Shown here in pieces: positions 55,472-64,000 of a stretch of DNA of 64,000 nt. The DNA is from Dehalococcoidia bacterium (GTDB taxonomy: Bacteria > Chloroflexota > Dehalococcoidia > Lucifugimonadales > Australimonadaceae): NCBI GenBank assembly GCA_965249325.1, contig CBDFLP010000012.1, forward strand, positions 6,428 to 70,427. The letters run 5' to 3'. Under the pieces are notes generated by a model, which worked only from the letters and a program-made list of their open reading frames with translations, was not told where the DNA came from and made no database searches. Positions within the stretch are counted from its first letter, which is position 1. Each line of letters opens with the position of its first letter. Both the position numbers and the translations under genes were made by a program.

Positions 55472-56779
55472 TCACCCTGTCGCCGCCGCCTCGCGGGCGT
55501 TCGCTTCTTCGACGAGGCGGTGTATCGCCCTTATCTGGCCGCTGAAGATGAACGCGAGGGCGGTGACGGCGATGACGGCGGCACCTCCCACGGCTATGGC
55601 GAAGGGCGTGCTGGTGAACGAGGCGACGAAGCCCGCTTGCAGCGCGCCGAGGGGCGCGAGGCTCCACATGACGCCCCGAAGCCCCATCACGCGCCCGCGG
55701 TACTCCGTCGGGACCAGCAGGTTGAGCAGCGTGTTGGAAGCCGTCTGGAACACCGAGTAGAGCCCGCCGCTCGCCGCGGCCATGGCGAGGGCGAGCCAAT
55801 ACCACTGCATGATCCCGTTGACGCCGAACAGCACCACGGACAGGCCGAGCAGCCCCGCGCCGCCGCCGAGCATGAGCGCCCTGCTCTGGTGCTGTCCGTA
55901 CGAAGCGGAGAGGAAGATGCCGATGAGGCCTCCGACGCCGCTTGCGGTCTGCAGCAGGCCGAGGCCCTCGGGGCCCAGTCCCAGCACGTCCGTCGCGTAG
56001 GCGGGCAGCAGCCATTGATAGGAGAGCCCGAAGTAACCGATGGAGAAGCTCATCATGAGCAGCAGAAGGAAGATGCGATGCCTCGCGACGAACTTGAGGC
56101 CGTCCGCGATGTCGTGCAGCATGGTCTTGCCGGTCGCGCGCCGCATCCCTTCAGGCAGCTTGATGGTTACGATGGCGATGGCCATGGCGGCGAACCCCGC
56201 CGCGATCAGGTAGAAGGCGACAGCAGCCCCGAGACGGAAGTCGCCCGTGACTGCGCCGACGATGGCGATCGGCCCCGCCGCGATCATGGGCGCGAACACC
56301 CGCGTTCCGTTCCACACGCTCTGGTTCAGAGCTGTCGCGAACATGAACTGGTTCCGCTGGATGAGCGCGGGCCAGACCACGCGGCGCGCGGGCTGGTCCA
56401 GCGACGTCGAGATGCCGATGAGGAACGACGAGAAGACGATGTGCCAGACCTCGACGCGTTCGATCAATACGAGGGTGGCCAGCGCCGCGATGATGATGGC
56501 CGAGAAGCCCTCGCCCAAGAGGATGAGGCGCCGGGGATCGATCCGGTCCGCGAGGGCGCCCGCGACGAGGTTGAAGATGATTGCGGGGATGGCCTGGGCA
56601 GCCGCCACGAGGCCCAGGGCGACCTCTTCGCCGGTCATGTCGTAGACGAGCCATCCTTGGGCGGTGAGCAGCGCCTGATGCGACGTGACGCTCGCGACGA
56701 GGCCCAGCCAGTAGCGGCGGTAGTACCTCGTGCGGAGGACGGAGAGGAACTCGAAGCGTCGGGCCAGAGCGTTGCGCAC
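55472..56779 (-). CDS. MFS transporter (MFS_3 / enterobactin-exporter-like)
   Basis: 435 aa with about 12 TM segments and the motif GALADRIDPRRL. Confidence 0.85.
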   Translation of the reverse strand: MRNALARRFEFLSVLRTRYYRRYWLGLVASVTSHQALLTAQGWLVYDMTGEEVALGLVAAAQAIPAIIFNLVAGALADRIDPRRLILLGEGFSAIIIAALATLVLIERVEVWHIVFSSFLIGISTSLDQPARRVVWPALIQRNQFMFATALNQSVWNGTRVFAPMIAAGPIAIVGAVTGDFRLGAAVAFYLIAAGFAAMAIAIVTIKLPEGMRRATGKTMLHDIADGLKFVARHRIFLLLLMMSFSIGYFGLSYQWLLPAYATDVLGLGPEGLGLLQTASGVGGLIGIFLSASYGQHQSRALMLGGGAGLLGLSVVLFGVNGIMQWYWLALAMAAASGGLYSVFQTASNTLLNLLVPTEYRGRVMGLRGVMWSLAPLGALQAGFVASFTSTPFAIAVGGAAVIAVTALAFIFSGQIRAIHRLVEEANAREAAATG

Positions 56780-57150
56780 CGGGTTACGTTACCCTTGTTC
56801 GGCCCCCTCCTCAATCCTCTGTTGCCTGCGAGCAGTGTCGGCGAGACCCTTGCCTAGGCAACCCTCTGAGCAAATGGCTGATGCCTCCAACCCCCCCTGC
56901 AGGACCCCTCTCCCGTCTGGAGACCTTTGCGTAACACGCGTCGGAGGCGAACGGCGGCATTTGCCCATTGCCCAGTTCTTCGCAATGCCCTACAATGAAG
57001 TGTCATAATGTCGTCATTCCCAGGGCCGCAGGCCCCCAACCACCGGCGGTGGAGACTGAGAGGGGGCAGGCCGCATGAAATAAAAAAACATTATCGGTCA
57101 GGTTGTAGCCCTAACCCAGGAAGCAGGCCACGGCCATGAAAACGCCCCCC

Positions 57151-57276
57151 GAAAAGCTGACCGGTCCCTGTTTTCCGGTAGGGTTTTTACTCGTAACGAA
57201 ATGTGCAACCGGTCAGCTTTTTACTCGTAACGAAAATGCAAACGGTCAGCTTTAATGTGCAAACGGTCAGCTTTTC
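57151..57276. mobile_element. MITE-like element: 13-bp terminal inverted repeats enclosing tandem direct repeats
   Basis: gaaaagctgaccg (57151-57163) is the exact reverse complement of cggtcagcttttc (57264-57276). Inside are three direct repeats ending in (a/c)cggtcagc (57184-57218, 57219-57250, 57251-57271). Confidence 0.5.
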
Positions 57277-57295
57277 GGAAGTGATAGGGGTGTAG

Positions 57296-58552
57296 GTGGC
57301 CATTTTTAGCTCCACGATCCGGCGCGCCCGGTCTGGCTTCTACGGTTGGCGCATCGTCGCCCTCATGCTCGGGCCCCGGTCGGTCGGGAACGGCGTGTAC
57401 GTCTTCGGCAACACGCTGTTCGTCATCCCCCTCGAAGAGACGCTGGGGTTGAACCGCAGCCTGTCGTCGCTGATGTTCGCCATAGGGGGCGTGATAGGCG
57501 GGCTGTCGGCGCCCGTCAGCGGAATGCTCATGGACCGGTGGGGCCCGCGGCGGGTGCTGATATGGAGCGTGCTGATCGGCGCGGCGGGCTACGGTCTGTT
57601 CGCAGGCTCGCCGAACCTGATGGTCGCCTTCATCATCTTTCTTGGCCCGATCAGCCTCGTCATGCTGAACATCGCGTTCAATGCCTCGTCAGGGATCATC
57701 AACAACTGGTTCAATCGCTACAAGTCCACGGCGTTCGCGCTCATGCAAGGAGGCTCCGGGCTGGGGTCGCTTGCGATCATCACGGCGCTGGCGTTCGCCA
57801 TCGATGCGTGGGGATGGAGACAGGCGTCGCTCCTCGCAGGCGCAATCATCCTGGCGGTGGGGCTTCCCACTGCTCTCGCCACGCGGGATACGCCGGAGGA
57901 GATGGGGCTGCACCCGGACGGCGAGGCGCCGGTCAGGTGGGCGTCGGTCCCGCCCGGCGCCCTGGCCGGGCCGTCGGCCGGCGCGGCGTTGCGCACGCCG
58001 AGCTTCTGGATGATGGTGGCGACGACCACCCTGTTCGGCGGTGCGATGACGGCCCTGGGCATCCACTTCGTGCCGGTGATGGTATGGAAGGGGCTGACCG
58101 AGGTGGAGGGAGCGTTGATGCTCACGGTCTGGGCGCTGGGCAGCGTCGTGACGATAGCGGCGGTCGGGGCGCTTGCGGACCGGCTAGGCCGATTCCGTGT
58201 CGGGGGCGGGGCGTGCCTGTTCGTGGGGACTGGCGTCTTACTGCTGAACGTCGGCGGCGCTGGGGTGGGGTTGTGGGTCGCGGTCCTACTGCTGTCGGGG
58301 TCGAGCAGCCTCTACCCGTTGATGTGGTCGATTCTTGGCGAGCTGTTCGGCCGCCGAGCTTACTCCACGATCCGGGGCTACGTGATGGCGGCGCAAGCCG
58401 ACGGCTCCCTGGGAGCCCCCATCATGGCCGGCGCGGTGTTCGAGGCGACGGGCAGCTACGTGTTCCCGCTGTGGGTCCTCGCCGGCATGTGGGCCGGGGC
58501 CGCGCTGCTGATGTTCGTTACCCCGAACCGGACCTATGTGAGGCTGACGTAG
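57296..58552 (+). CDS. MFS transporter (oxalate/formate antiporter-like)
   Basis: 418 aa with a GTG start, about 12 TM segments and the motif GMLMDRWGPRRV. Confidence 0.85.
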   Translation: MAIFSSTIRRARSGFYGWRIVALMLGPRSVGNGVYVFGNTLFVIPLEETLGLNRSLSSLMFAIGGVIGGLSAPVSGMLMDRWGPRRVLIWSVLIGAAGYGLFAGSPNLMVAFIIFLGPISLVMLNIAFNASSGIINNWFNRYKSTAFALMQGGSGLGSLAIITALAFAIDAWGWRQASLLAGAIILAVGLPTALATRDTPEEMGLHPDGEAPVRWASVPPGALAGPSAGAALRTPSFWMMVATTTLFGGAMTALGIHFVPVMVWKGLTEVEGALMLTVWALGSVVTIAAVGALADRLGRFRVGGGACLFVGTGVLLLNVGGAGVGLWVAVLLLSGSSSLYPLMWSILGELFGRRAYSTIRGYVMAAQADGSLGAPIMAGAVFEATGSYVFPLWVLAGMWAGAALLMFVTPNRTYVRLT

Positions 58553-58573
58553 GACGTCTAGTCCACCGTTCGG

Positions 58574-59617
58574 CTAGTGGCCGGGCTGGGAGGAGCGCTC
58601 CTCGCGGTAGAAGACTTCTTCGGGGAAGATCTCGTCCCAGGGCTGCTTGGCGGGGCTGAGGCCCTGCTCGACCGAGAACTGCTGCGCCATGTCGAACGCC
58701 TTGGCGTTGGGCTCGATGCCGTAGGCGAAGGGGTCGGGGCCGAACACGTCGTCGACCTCCTTCTGGAACTGCGCGCCGAACACATAGAGCGTCGGGGGCA
58801 GAGAGCGGAGGCGCTCCATGGCGATGCGCTTCGAGGACTCGAACGCCTCCATGAGGCTTACGGCGACCCAAGGGCGCTCTTCGAGGATGCTCTCTCGGAT
58901 AACAGTGACGTGGTGGGGCGGGAAGACGCCGTGCTTCTTGAAGAAGCGGACCGATTCGGCTTTGGGGTCGGAGAAGAGAGGAGGGAAGTCGGGGCTGTTG
59001 CGGAGGTCGCGGCTCTGCTGGCGGTCGATGCCGGAGCCGCGGACGGAGCCGATACCGATGGAGGCGTCGAGCTCGCCGTTCGAGTACATCGAACTGAAGT
59101 CGGTCGTCGCGTGGCGGAGATCCAACCCCTCGGGGAGGCCGAGGCCCGCGTCCTTGGAGGCGCCGGTGTGGCTGTAGTGCTCGCTGCGCTCCATGAACCA
59201 GGTCATGTCCTCGGGCTCGACGCCCCACTCGAGCTTGAGGATGCCGCGTGTCCATAGCCCGACGGACTGCTGGTAGTCGCCGATGCCGAAGCGCTTGCCC
59301 TTGAGGTCCTCCGGGTGGTCCTGGCGAATGCCGGCCGCCTTCCGGATGTAGACGTTGGTGTAGGAGAAAGTCCGGTTGTGGAAGACGGGGAGCATGCGGT
59401 AGGGGAAGCCGAGGGGCCGCATCCGCAGGTACGACGACATGGACATCTCGGAGACGTCGTAGCGCTGGAACTTGATTTGCTCGTAGAACACGCGGGGCAC
59501 GGCTCCCGGCATGCCCTTGTAGTCGAGCTCGATGCCGTCCGGCTTCACCTCGCCGGAGATCATGGGCACGACGCGGTCGTAGGCAGTGATGGCGAAGGAG
59601 AGTTCGAGGTTGGACAT
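58574..59617 (-). CDS. PhtD-like (4,5-dihydroxyphthalate decarboxylase family) / NMT1-THI5-like periplasmic-binding-fold protein
   Basis: 347 aa. MSNLELSFAITAYDRVVPMISGEVKPDGIELDY...FYEQIKFQRYDVSEMSMSSYL matches my recollection of the PhtD-family N-terminus. Confidence 0.7.
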   Translation of the reverse strand: MSNLELSFAITAYDRVVPMISGEVKPDGIELDYKGMPGAVPRVFYEQIKFQRYDVSEMSMSSYLRMRPLGFPYRMLPVFHNRTFSYTNVYIRKAAGIRQDHPEDLKGKRFGIGDYQQSVGLWTRGILKLEWGVEPEDMTWFMERSEHYSHTGASKDAGLGLPEGLDLRHATTDFSSMYSNGELDASIGIGSVRGSGIDRQQSRDLRNSPDFPPLFSDPKAESVRFFKKHGVFPPHHVTVIRESILEERPWVAVSLMEAFESSKRIAMERLRSLPPTLYVFGAQFQKEVDDVFGPDPFAYGIEPNAKAFDMAQQFSVEQGLSPAKQPWDEIFPEEVFYREERSSQPGH

Positions 59618-59707
59618 GAGGGCGACCTCCGGGCGGGGTGTTCGATGTGGGGATGATACGCGATGGCGAGGTGGGGGCGTGTGGGGTGGCCCTCAGTAAT
59701 CGGTGTC

Positions 59708-60340
59708 CTAGGTAGCCAGCACTGCTTCCACATCTTTCCGTAGCTCGGCGAATGCAGGCAATTGTGAGAGATTGGCGAAGGTCTTGGTTTCCTCAGCGAT
59801 CCTAATCCAAGTACGCGCCGTGAAGAGATTGCGTTCCCGCCGGCGATGGCGGGTGGTGGCCTCGGCTGCCAAGGAGACTAAGTCGCGGAGTGTCTTCTTT
59901 GGGTCGGGTAGGTCCTCCAAGTGGGTGGTTGTGGGCAGACTCAGGAGAGTCGCGCCGTTGGGGTTCCGGGCTGCGTTCCGAATAGCCTGCTCGTCGGTAA
60001 GCAGCCACGTTTCCGTCATCTTGACAGGGATGACGGGAATGTGCTTGGCGACTGACGTGACTCTGTCCACAGCAACCTGAATCTCGGCTCGGCGGGCATG
60101 GGGAGATTGACTCTCAGCATCACGATGGACGAAGAGAATGTCACAGGGGAAGAGACTTAGGGCCATCGCAATCCGGCCATCAAGGAGGCTCGGCGGGCGA
60201 GGAACCCCTCGAAGATCGGCGAATGCTGGGACAAGCGTTAGGTTAGGTTCGATATCCGTTAGGAGCCAATTGATAATCGGCTTAAGTGCCTCATCGGATG
60301 GCCCGTCAGTTAAAAGCGTGTAGTGGAGTTCGCGCGCCAT
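59708..60340 (-). CDS. DUF4276-like protein (possible TOPRIM-like partner of the upstream ATPase)
   Basis: 210 aa. LLTDGPSDEALKPII (acidic motif 1), LFVHRDAES (motif 2) and VIPVKMTETWLLTD (DUF4276-like E-x-WLL-x-D). It starts 5 nt after the ATPase stop. Confidence 0.6.
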   Translation of the reverse strand: MARELHYTLLTDGPSDEALKPIINWLLTDIEPNLTLVPAFADLRGVPRPPSLLDGRIAMALSLFPCDILFVHRDAESQSPHARRAEIQVAVDRVTSVAKHIPVIPVKMTETWLLTDEQAIRNAARNPNGATLLSLPTTTHLEDLPDPKKTLRDLVSLAAEATTRHRRRERNLFTARTWIRIAEETKTFANLSQLPAFAELRKDVEAVLAT

Positions 60341-60345
60341 GCTGT

Positions 60346-61872
60346 CTAAACGGGGAGGGGCAGCATGAGCTGAACGTCGCTACGCTGTGCGACAAGTTTT
60401 TCGCGCCGGCGTGTGGAGGGTTGGTCAGAGTCCTGAGGCTCCTCTTCGTCATCTGGAACGCCTGCGGGGTTGAGGTAGGACATGAGCGTCCCAAGAGCGA
60501 TTGGGTTAGGAGGCCGACCCTCCTTTGTATCGAGTTCCTCTCTCCAGGTGTAGGGGAGATATCCGAACCGTACGTACGCTGCGCGGCCATCCCCAGAGGG
60601 AGCAGGCCTGTTGACTGATTGGGAGACCAGCAGACTTGATTCCGGCACGTGAGTAACCACCACCGGAGAGTGAGTGTTAACCATGACCTGCCGCAGGGGG
60701 CTGCTTTGCGGGAAGTCGTTCTTTGGGTCCGTTGTGATGTCGTTCAAGAGACGCAGCATTGCGGGGACACGCGCCGGGTGTATGCCGTTCTCGGGCTCCT
60801 CCAGGCAGATTAGTCCTCCGGAGTCCTCCTCCATTTCTAGGATGGCGAGAGCTAGGAACCGGAGCGTCCCGTCTGATAGCGAACGGGCGTCATGTGGCGT
60901 GCCGTCGCTAAGGCGCACCTGAAGGGTCAGGAGCTCTCGTTGGTCGTCCCGATGCACCACAACTTTGCCGACGTCATCAATCAGTTGAGCGAGTCGATTG
61001 GAAATGTCAGTGTAGACGGCCTCTTCATCAACTGCGGAAGGGATGCCGGACTCAACTTGCGGGACTGTCGCCATGTAGTGGAGTGTTGCGGCTGCGTGAG
61101 CGCCATCCATCCCAAGGTGGATGGGCGACGTGAACTCATCGGGCTTACGCAGTGCAGAAGGCTCTAGTTGTAGACGCTTCCAGGATGACATTTCATTCTT
61201 CGCAAGAAGGGCAGTTGGACTCTCCGCGGCATTGACTGCCGATAGGACTGTTCGCGGAAGGTCACGAGCCGATCGATTGAGGGTTCGGCCTGAACGCCCA
61301 TCTTGATGGAGCCGTATGACGCGGCTTTCACCGTCTCCTACGGTGGTGATGTAAGGTGCGGCACGCTGTCCTGTGACAACTGATCTTCGCCAGGTAGGGG
61401 TATGGTGAAACCCCAATCGTCGTGGGGCCTCCGTCTTATTGATGTGAGACAGCGTCTCCTCTGTAATCTCAATGCTGTTGGGGCCTGTTCTAGTTCTCTC
61501 TCGGTAGGCGAGCTCCAGCGAGTACCGGAGGTACGTGCTGGTCGCGTGAGCGTCTTGCCCGAGGTCGTCTCTCCCCGTCCCGGGCACAATCATTTCGGCC
61601 TCAAAGCCCATCGTAGACGCCTGGCTATCGCCTGATCGGTGGAAAAGGCTTCGGACATCAGCTGACCTACCGCCCTCCTCACGGACGGTCGTCGCTGCTT
61701 CGAGGAGTGGGCGGCTGGCCAAGAGGCTGAGGAAGTGGATTGCGTCGAATAGGTTCGATTTGCCAGTCGCATTCGGGCCCGCGATGCAAGTGAACGGGCC
61801 AAAGGCGATATCCACGTCAACGAGATTCTTGAAACCCGAGATTTTTAGACGAGTAAGCATAACGCTCCTCAA
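60346..61872 (-). CDS. ABC/SMC-like AAA ATPase (AAA_21/AAA_15, OLD/AriA/RecF-like)
   Basis: MLTRLKISGFKNL, Walker A GPNATGKSNLFDAI, signature-like LSDGTLRFLAL and Walker B/D-loop LICLEEPENGIHP are present. The start is 61872 or ATG 61860. Confidence 0.8.
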   Translation of the reverse strand: MRSVMLTRLKISGFKNLVDVDIAFGPFTCIAGPNATGKSNLFDAIHFLSLLASRPLLEAATTVREEGGRSADVRSLFHRSGDSQASTMGFEAEMIVPGTGRDDLGQDAHATSTYLRYSLELAYRERTRTGPNSIEITEETLSHINKTEAPRRLGFHHTPTWRRSVVTGQRAAPYITTVGDGESRVIRLHQDGRSGRTLNRSARDLPRTVLSAVNAAESPTALLAKNEMSSWKRLQLEPSALRKPDEFTSPIHLGMDGAHAAATLHYMATVPQVESGIPSAVDEEAVYTDISNRLAQLIDDVGKVVVHRDDQRELLTLQVRLSDGTPHDARSLSDGTLRFLALAILEMEEDSGGLICLEEPENGIHPARVPAMLRLLNDITTDPKNDFPQSSPLRQVMVNTHSPVVVTHVPESSLLVSQSVNRPAPSGDGRAAYVRFGYLPYTWREELDTKEGRPPNPIALGTLMSYLNPAGVPDDEEEPQDSDQPSTRRREKLVAQRSDVQLMLPLPV

Positions 61873-61940
61873 CTGACCCGGACCGGTGTTTGTACGTCCA
61901 CCCCAATTCTATCTCGCCCCAATCGTACCCGCTGCCTAGC

Positions 61941-62396
61941 CTAGCCAATCTCCAAAGTGTTGAAGACGCCGCGTTGGAGGGCGGCGGTGGAGAGGAGTTG
62001 TTCTAGGACTACGTGGGCCTCGGGGCGGCGAAGGTCTAGGGACGAGACGCCGATAGCCCGATAGAGGACGCCTGAGCCGACCTTCGTGGTCGTCTCTCCG
62101 CCGATTTCGGTGGGGAGTTCTATGCCGAGGGCAAGAGCCATCGCCTGCGCTTGCATCTCGCCGACGCCCGAGGCGTGGGTCTTGGTGAGGACGCGGCCGT
62201 TATAGAGCAGCGAATAGCCGTTCTTGTTGCGCCGGATGGCGACGGGCGTCTCCCCGCGCGGACGGTTGATGAGGCGCTCCGCGTAGTCGAGCGCCTTGAT
62301 CCGTGAGATTGCGATGGCTTCCTTCTCAGTCCTTCCCTGTCTGCGAGGCCTTTGCGTAACTCTTTCCGGCGGCCGTAGCTCTTCCCACCCGCCCAC
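61941..62396 (-). CDS. Hypothetical protein (possibly first gene of the ATPase cassette)
   Basis: The 151-aa ORF is co-directional and 68 nt upstream of the ATPase gene. Its N-terminal codons overlap a dispersed repeat, so the true start is uncertain. No motif was recognised. Confidence 0.3.
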   Translation of the reverse strand: MGGWEELRPPERVTQRPRRQGRTEKEAIAISRIKALDYAERLINRPRGETPVAIRRNKNGYSLLYNGRVLTKTHASGVGEMQAQAMALALGIELPTEIGGETTTKVGSGVLYRAIGVSSLDLRRPEAHVVLEQLLSTAALQRGVFNTLEIG

Positions 62397-62657
62397 CCGT
62401 TATGCTGTGGGGGACACCCCCACGCCCCCGGCAGAGGGGCTTGGCCCCTCTGCACTCCCTGGTATTCCAGGCCGGTTCATAGTTCGACAGGCTCACCACG
62501 AATCAGTCGATGCCGCGCTCGTTCATGTCTGCGAGTCGCTGGTCGGACATGCTGTTGCGTCGAGGTTACGCAAGGGTCTTTTTGCGGAGGAGTGGGGGAA
62601 TAAATTCTCCCCCGCCGTTGCACAAGGGCCTGCGGCGGGGGAGAAGGATGAAGGAGG

Positions 62658-64000
62658 TTAGACGGCGCACTCGCCTTCGCCGCGCTCCAGCTTGTAGAGG
62701 ATGGTCTTGCCCCAGTCCACGTAGGTGTCGAGGTTCTCCTTGTTGAGGGCGCCGACTTCGCGGTACTGGTTGGCGAGCTGCTCGAAGGGAGTTGTGCCGA
62801 CGCGATCGACGAAGTCGTTGAAGGGCTCGCCTTCGTTTCGCTCGCTCCGGTAGTGGGCGATGATGTCGTCCATGAAGGCCGGAACGCGCTTGGCGGGCAC
62901 CTTGGCCTTGACGCGATGGCCGAAGCGCACGGGGTCCTGGTTGCCGTAGTTGCCGGCGAGGAAGACCTCGTAGGCCGGCGCTTGCTGCCCGCCTTCGCCC
63001 TTGGCCGCCGCGCCGTGGAAGCCAATGTTGGCGATGTGGTGACGCGAGCAGCCGTTCGGGCAGCCGCTCACCTTGACGTGCAAGCTGTTCACCAACGGGT
63101 CCTCGATCTCCTTCTCGCGGATCGTCTCACGCAGCGCCTCGGCGACGCCCATGGACGAGGTGATTCCCATCTTGCAGCTGTCGGTGCCGGGGCAGGAGAC
63201 GACGTCGGTAATCTTGTTCGCGCCGTCTTCCGCCAGGCCGATGGCCTTGAGGTCGGACCAGAATGCGTGGAGATGGCCCTCCGGCACCCATCGGTAGAGG
63301 AGGTTTTGCTCGGTCGTGGTGCGAATGCGCCCGCCGGCGTACTTCCGCGCAATCTCGGCCAGCGCCGGGAACTGACGCTCGTAGATGTCGCCGAGGGGCA
63401 GGGTGACGTAGACGGCGTAGTAGCCGTCCTGCTGTTGCGCGAGGGCGTTGGTGGCCTTCCACTTGAGGAAGGCGGGTTCGGAGTGATTCCCGGTTACAGG
63501 GACGAGCGGGGGAGGCTCGTCGATCATCTCGGGCGGGAGCTCCATCCATGGAGTGGGGTCGAAGTCGGCCTTTGCCCAATCGCCCTCCATCTCCTTCTCG
63601 ACCTCGGCCCTGAAGGCCTCGATGCCGATGCGGTCGACGTAGAACTTGATGCGGGCGCGCATCTTGTTCTTACGCAGCTCGCTCGTGCGGTGGAAGACGC
63701 GGATGGCGGCTTCGGCCACCTTGAGGTACTCGGTGACGGGCACGAAGTCGGAGAGGACCCACGCGATGCGGGGCATGATGGACGTGCCGCCGCCCACGCG
63801 CATCTCGAATCCCTTGACGCCGTCCTGAACCTTGGGGATGAAGGCGAGGTCGTGGATGTCGGCGACGACCTCGTCGTCCCCCCCGCTGGAGAAGGAGGTC
63901 TTCCACTTGCGGGGAAGAGTCTGGGTGTACTCGTGGCGCACGAAGTAGCGGGCGTAGGCGGTGAGGTAGGGCGCGACGAAGAAGGGCTCCTCAGGCTTCA
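62658..64000 (-). CDS. Ferredoxin-dependent sulfite/nitrite reductase (siroheme + 4Fe-4S), 5' end outside window
   Basis: Cluster/siroheme Cys motifs are CPGTDSCKMGI and SGCPNGCSRHHIANIGFHG. The frame stays open beyond the listed start (63941) to the window edge (...EEPFFVAPYLTAYARYFVRHEYTQ). Confidence 0.9.
   Translation of the reverse strand, partial: KPEEPFFVAPYLTAYARYFVRHEYTQTLPRKWKTSFSSGGDDEVVADIHDLAFIPKVQDGVKGFEMRVGGGTSIMPRIAWVLSDFVPVTEYLKVAEAAIRVFHRTSELRKNKMRARIKFYVDRIGIEAFRAEVEKEMEGDWAKADFDPTPWMELPPEMIDEPPPLVPVTGNHSEPAFLKWKATNALAQQQDGYYAVYVTLPLGDIYERQFPALAEIARKYAGGRIRTTTEQNLLYRWVPEGHLHAFWSDLKAIGLAEDGANKITDVVSCPGTDSCKMGITSSMGVAEALRETIREKEIEDPLVNSLHVKVSGCPNGCSRHHIANIGFHGAAAKGEGGQQAPAYEVFLAGNYGNQDPVRFGHRVKAKVPAKRVPAFMDDIIAHYRSERNEGEPFNDFVDRVGTTPFEQLANQYREVGALNKENLDTYVDWGKTILYKLERGEGECAV

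Noticed and set aside
404-58659. Many long ORFs lie antisense to, or out of frame with, recognisable genes. Examples are 404..1354(-), 4123..5451(-), 8260..9969(+), 10867..11784(-), 11259..12638(+), 18420..20090(+), 32752..33867(+), 33937..35448(+), 36278..37342(-), 36379..37938(+), 55409..56857(+) and 57346..58659(+).
   Set aside because: They overlap genes with clear family motifs. Their translations are Arg/Gly/Ala/Pro-rich low-complexity strings typical of shadow ORFs in high-GC DNA, and no motif was recognised in any of them.

Overview
This is a 64-kb high-GC bacterial chromosomal segment with no rRNA and one tRNA-Lys. The backbone is housekeeping and metabolic. It holds a 5'-truncated molybdopterin oxidoreductase with an FNR-like partner, mutS, glyQS, a four-gene Opp/Dpp-type peptide ABC importer, gltBD glutamate synthase, cinA and speH-speB polyamine genes. 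It also holds a NifS/IscS-type cysteine desulfurase, lepB, an ECF sigma/anti-sigma pair and several MFS/AI-2E transporters. Catabolic genes include RraA, RidA, a 2-hydroxyacid dehydrogenase, an amidohydrolase and a PhtD-like gene, and a 5'-truncated sulfite/nitrite reductase sits at the right edge. Gene content and composition resemble Chloroflexota-type heterotrophs, but that is inference only. Five things sit on top of this backbone. (i) Two genes read straight through an in-frame TGA placed exactly at the catalytic or redox Cys position, each followed 10 nt later by a perfect 7-bp hairpin; these are probable selenoproteins, one a deiodinase-like thioredoxin-fold protein and one a rhodanese. 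(ii) Three small two-gene cassettes, A/T-richer by eye, look like conflict or defence modules: TIR-like protein + small multi-TM protein (54146-54965), ABC/AAA_21-type ATPase + DUF4276-like protein (59708-61872), and GHKL-ATPase + STAS-like protein (43879-45076). HicAB and HigBA toxin-antitoxin pairs are also present. (iii) A likely cobalamin riboswitch precedes a DUF4430 / ECF-S-component pair. (iv) A secreted LRR protein gene carries a 300-bp tandem duplication and several frame breaks, and four other genes are interrupted by a frameshift or an in-frame TAA. (v) Several families of short dispersed palindromic (REP/MITE-like) repeats cluster around a low-GC islet at 38.6-39.85 kb. Most long ORFs antisense to real genes in the ORF track are GC-driven shadows. 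All family assignments come from reading motifs by eye; no database search was run.
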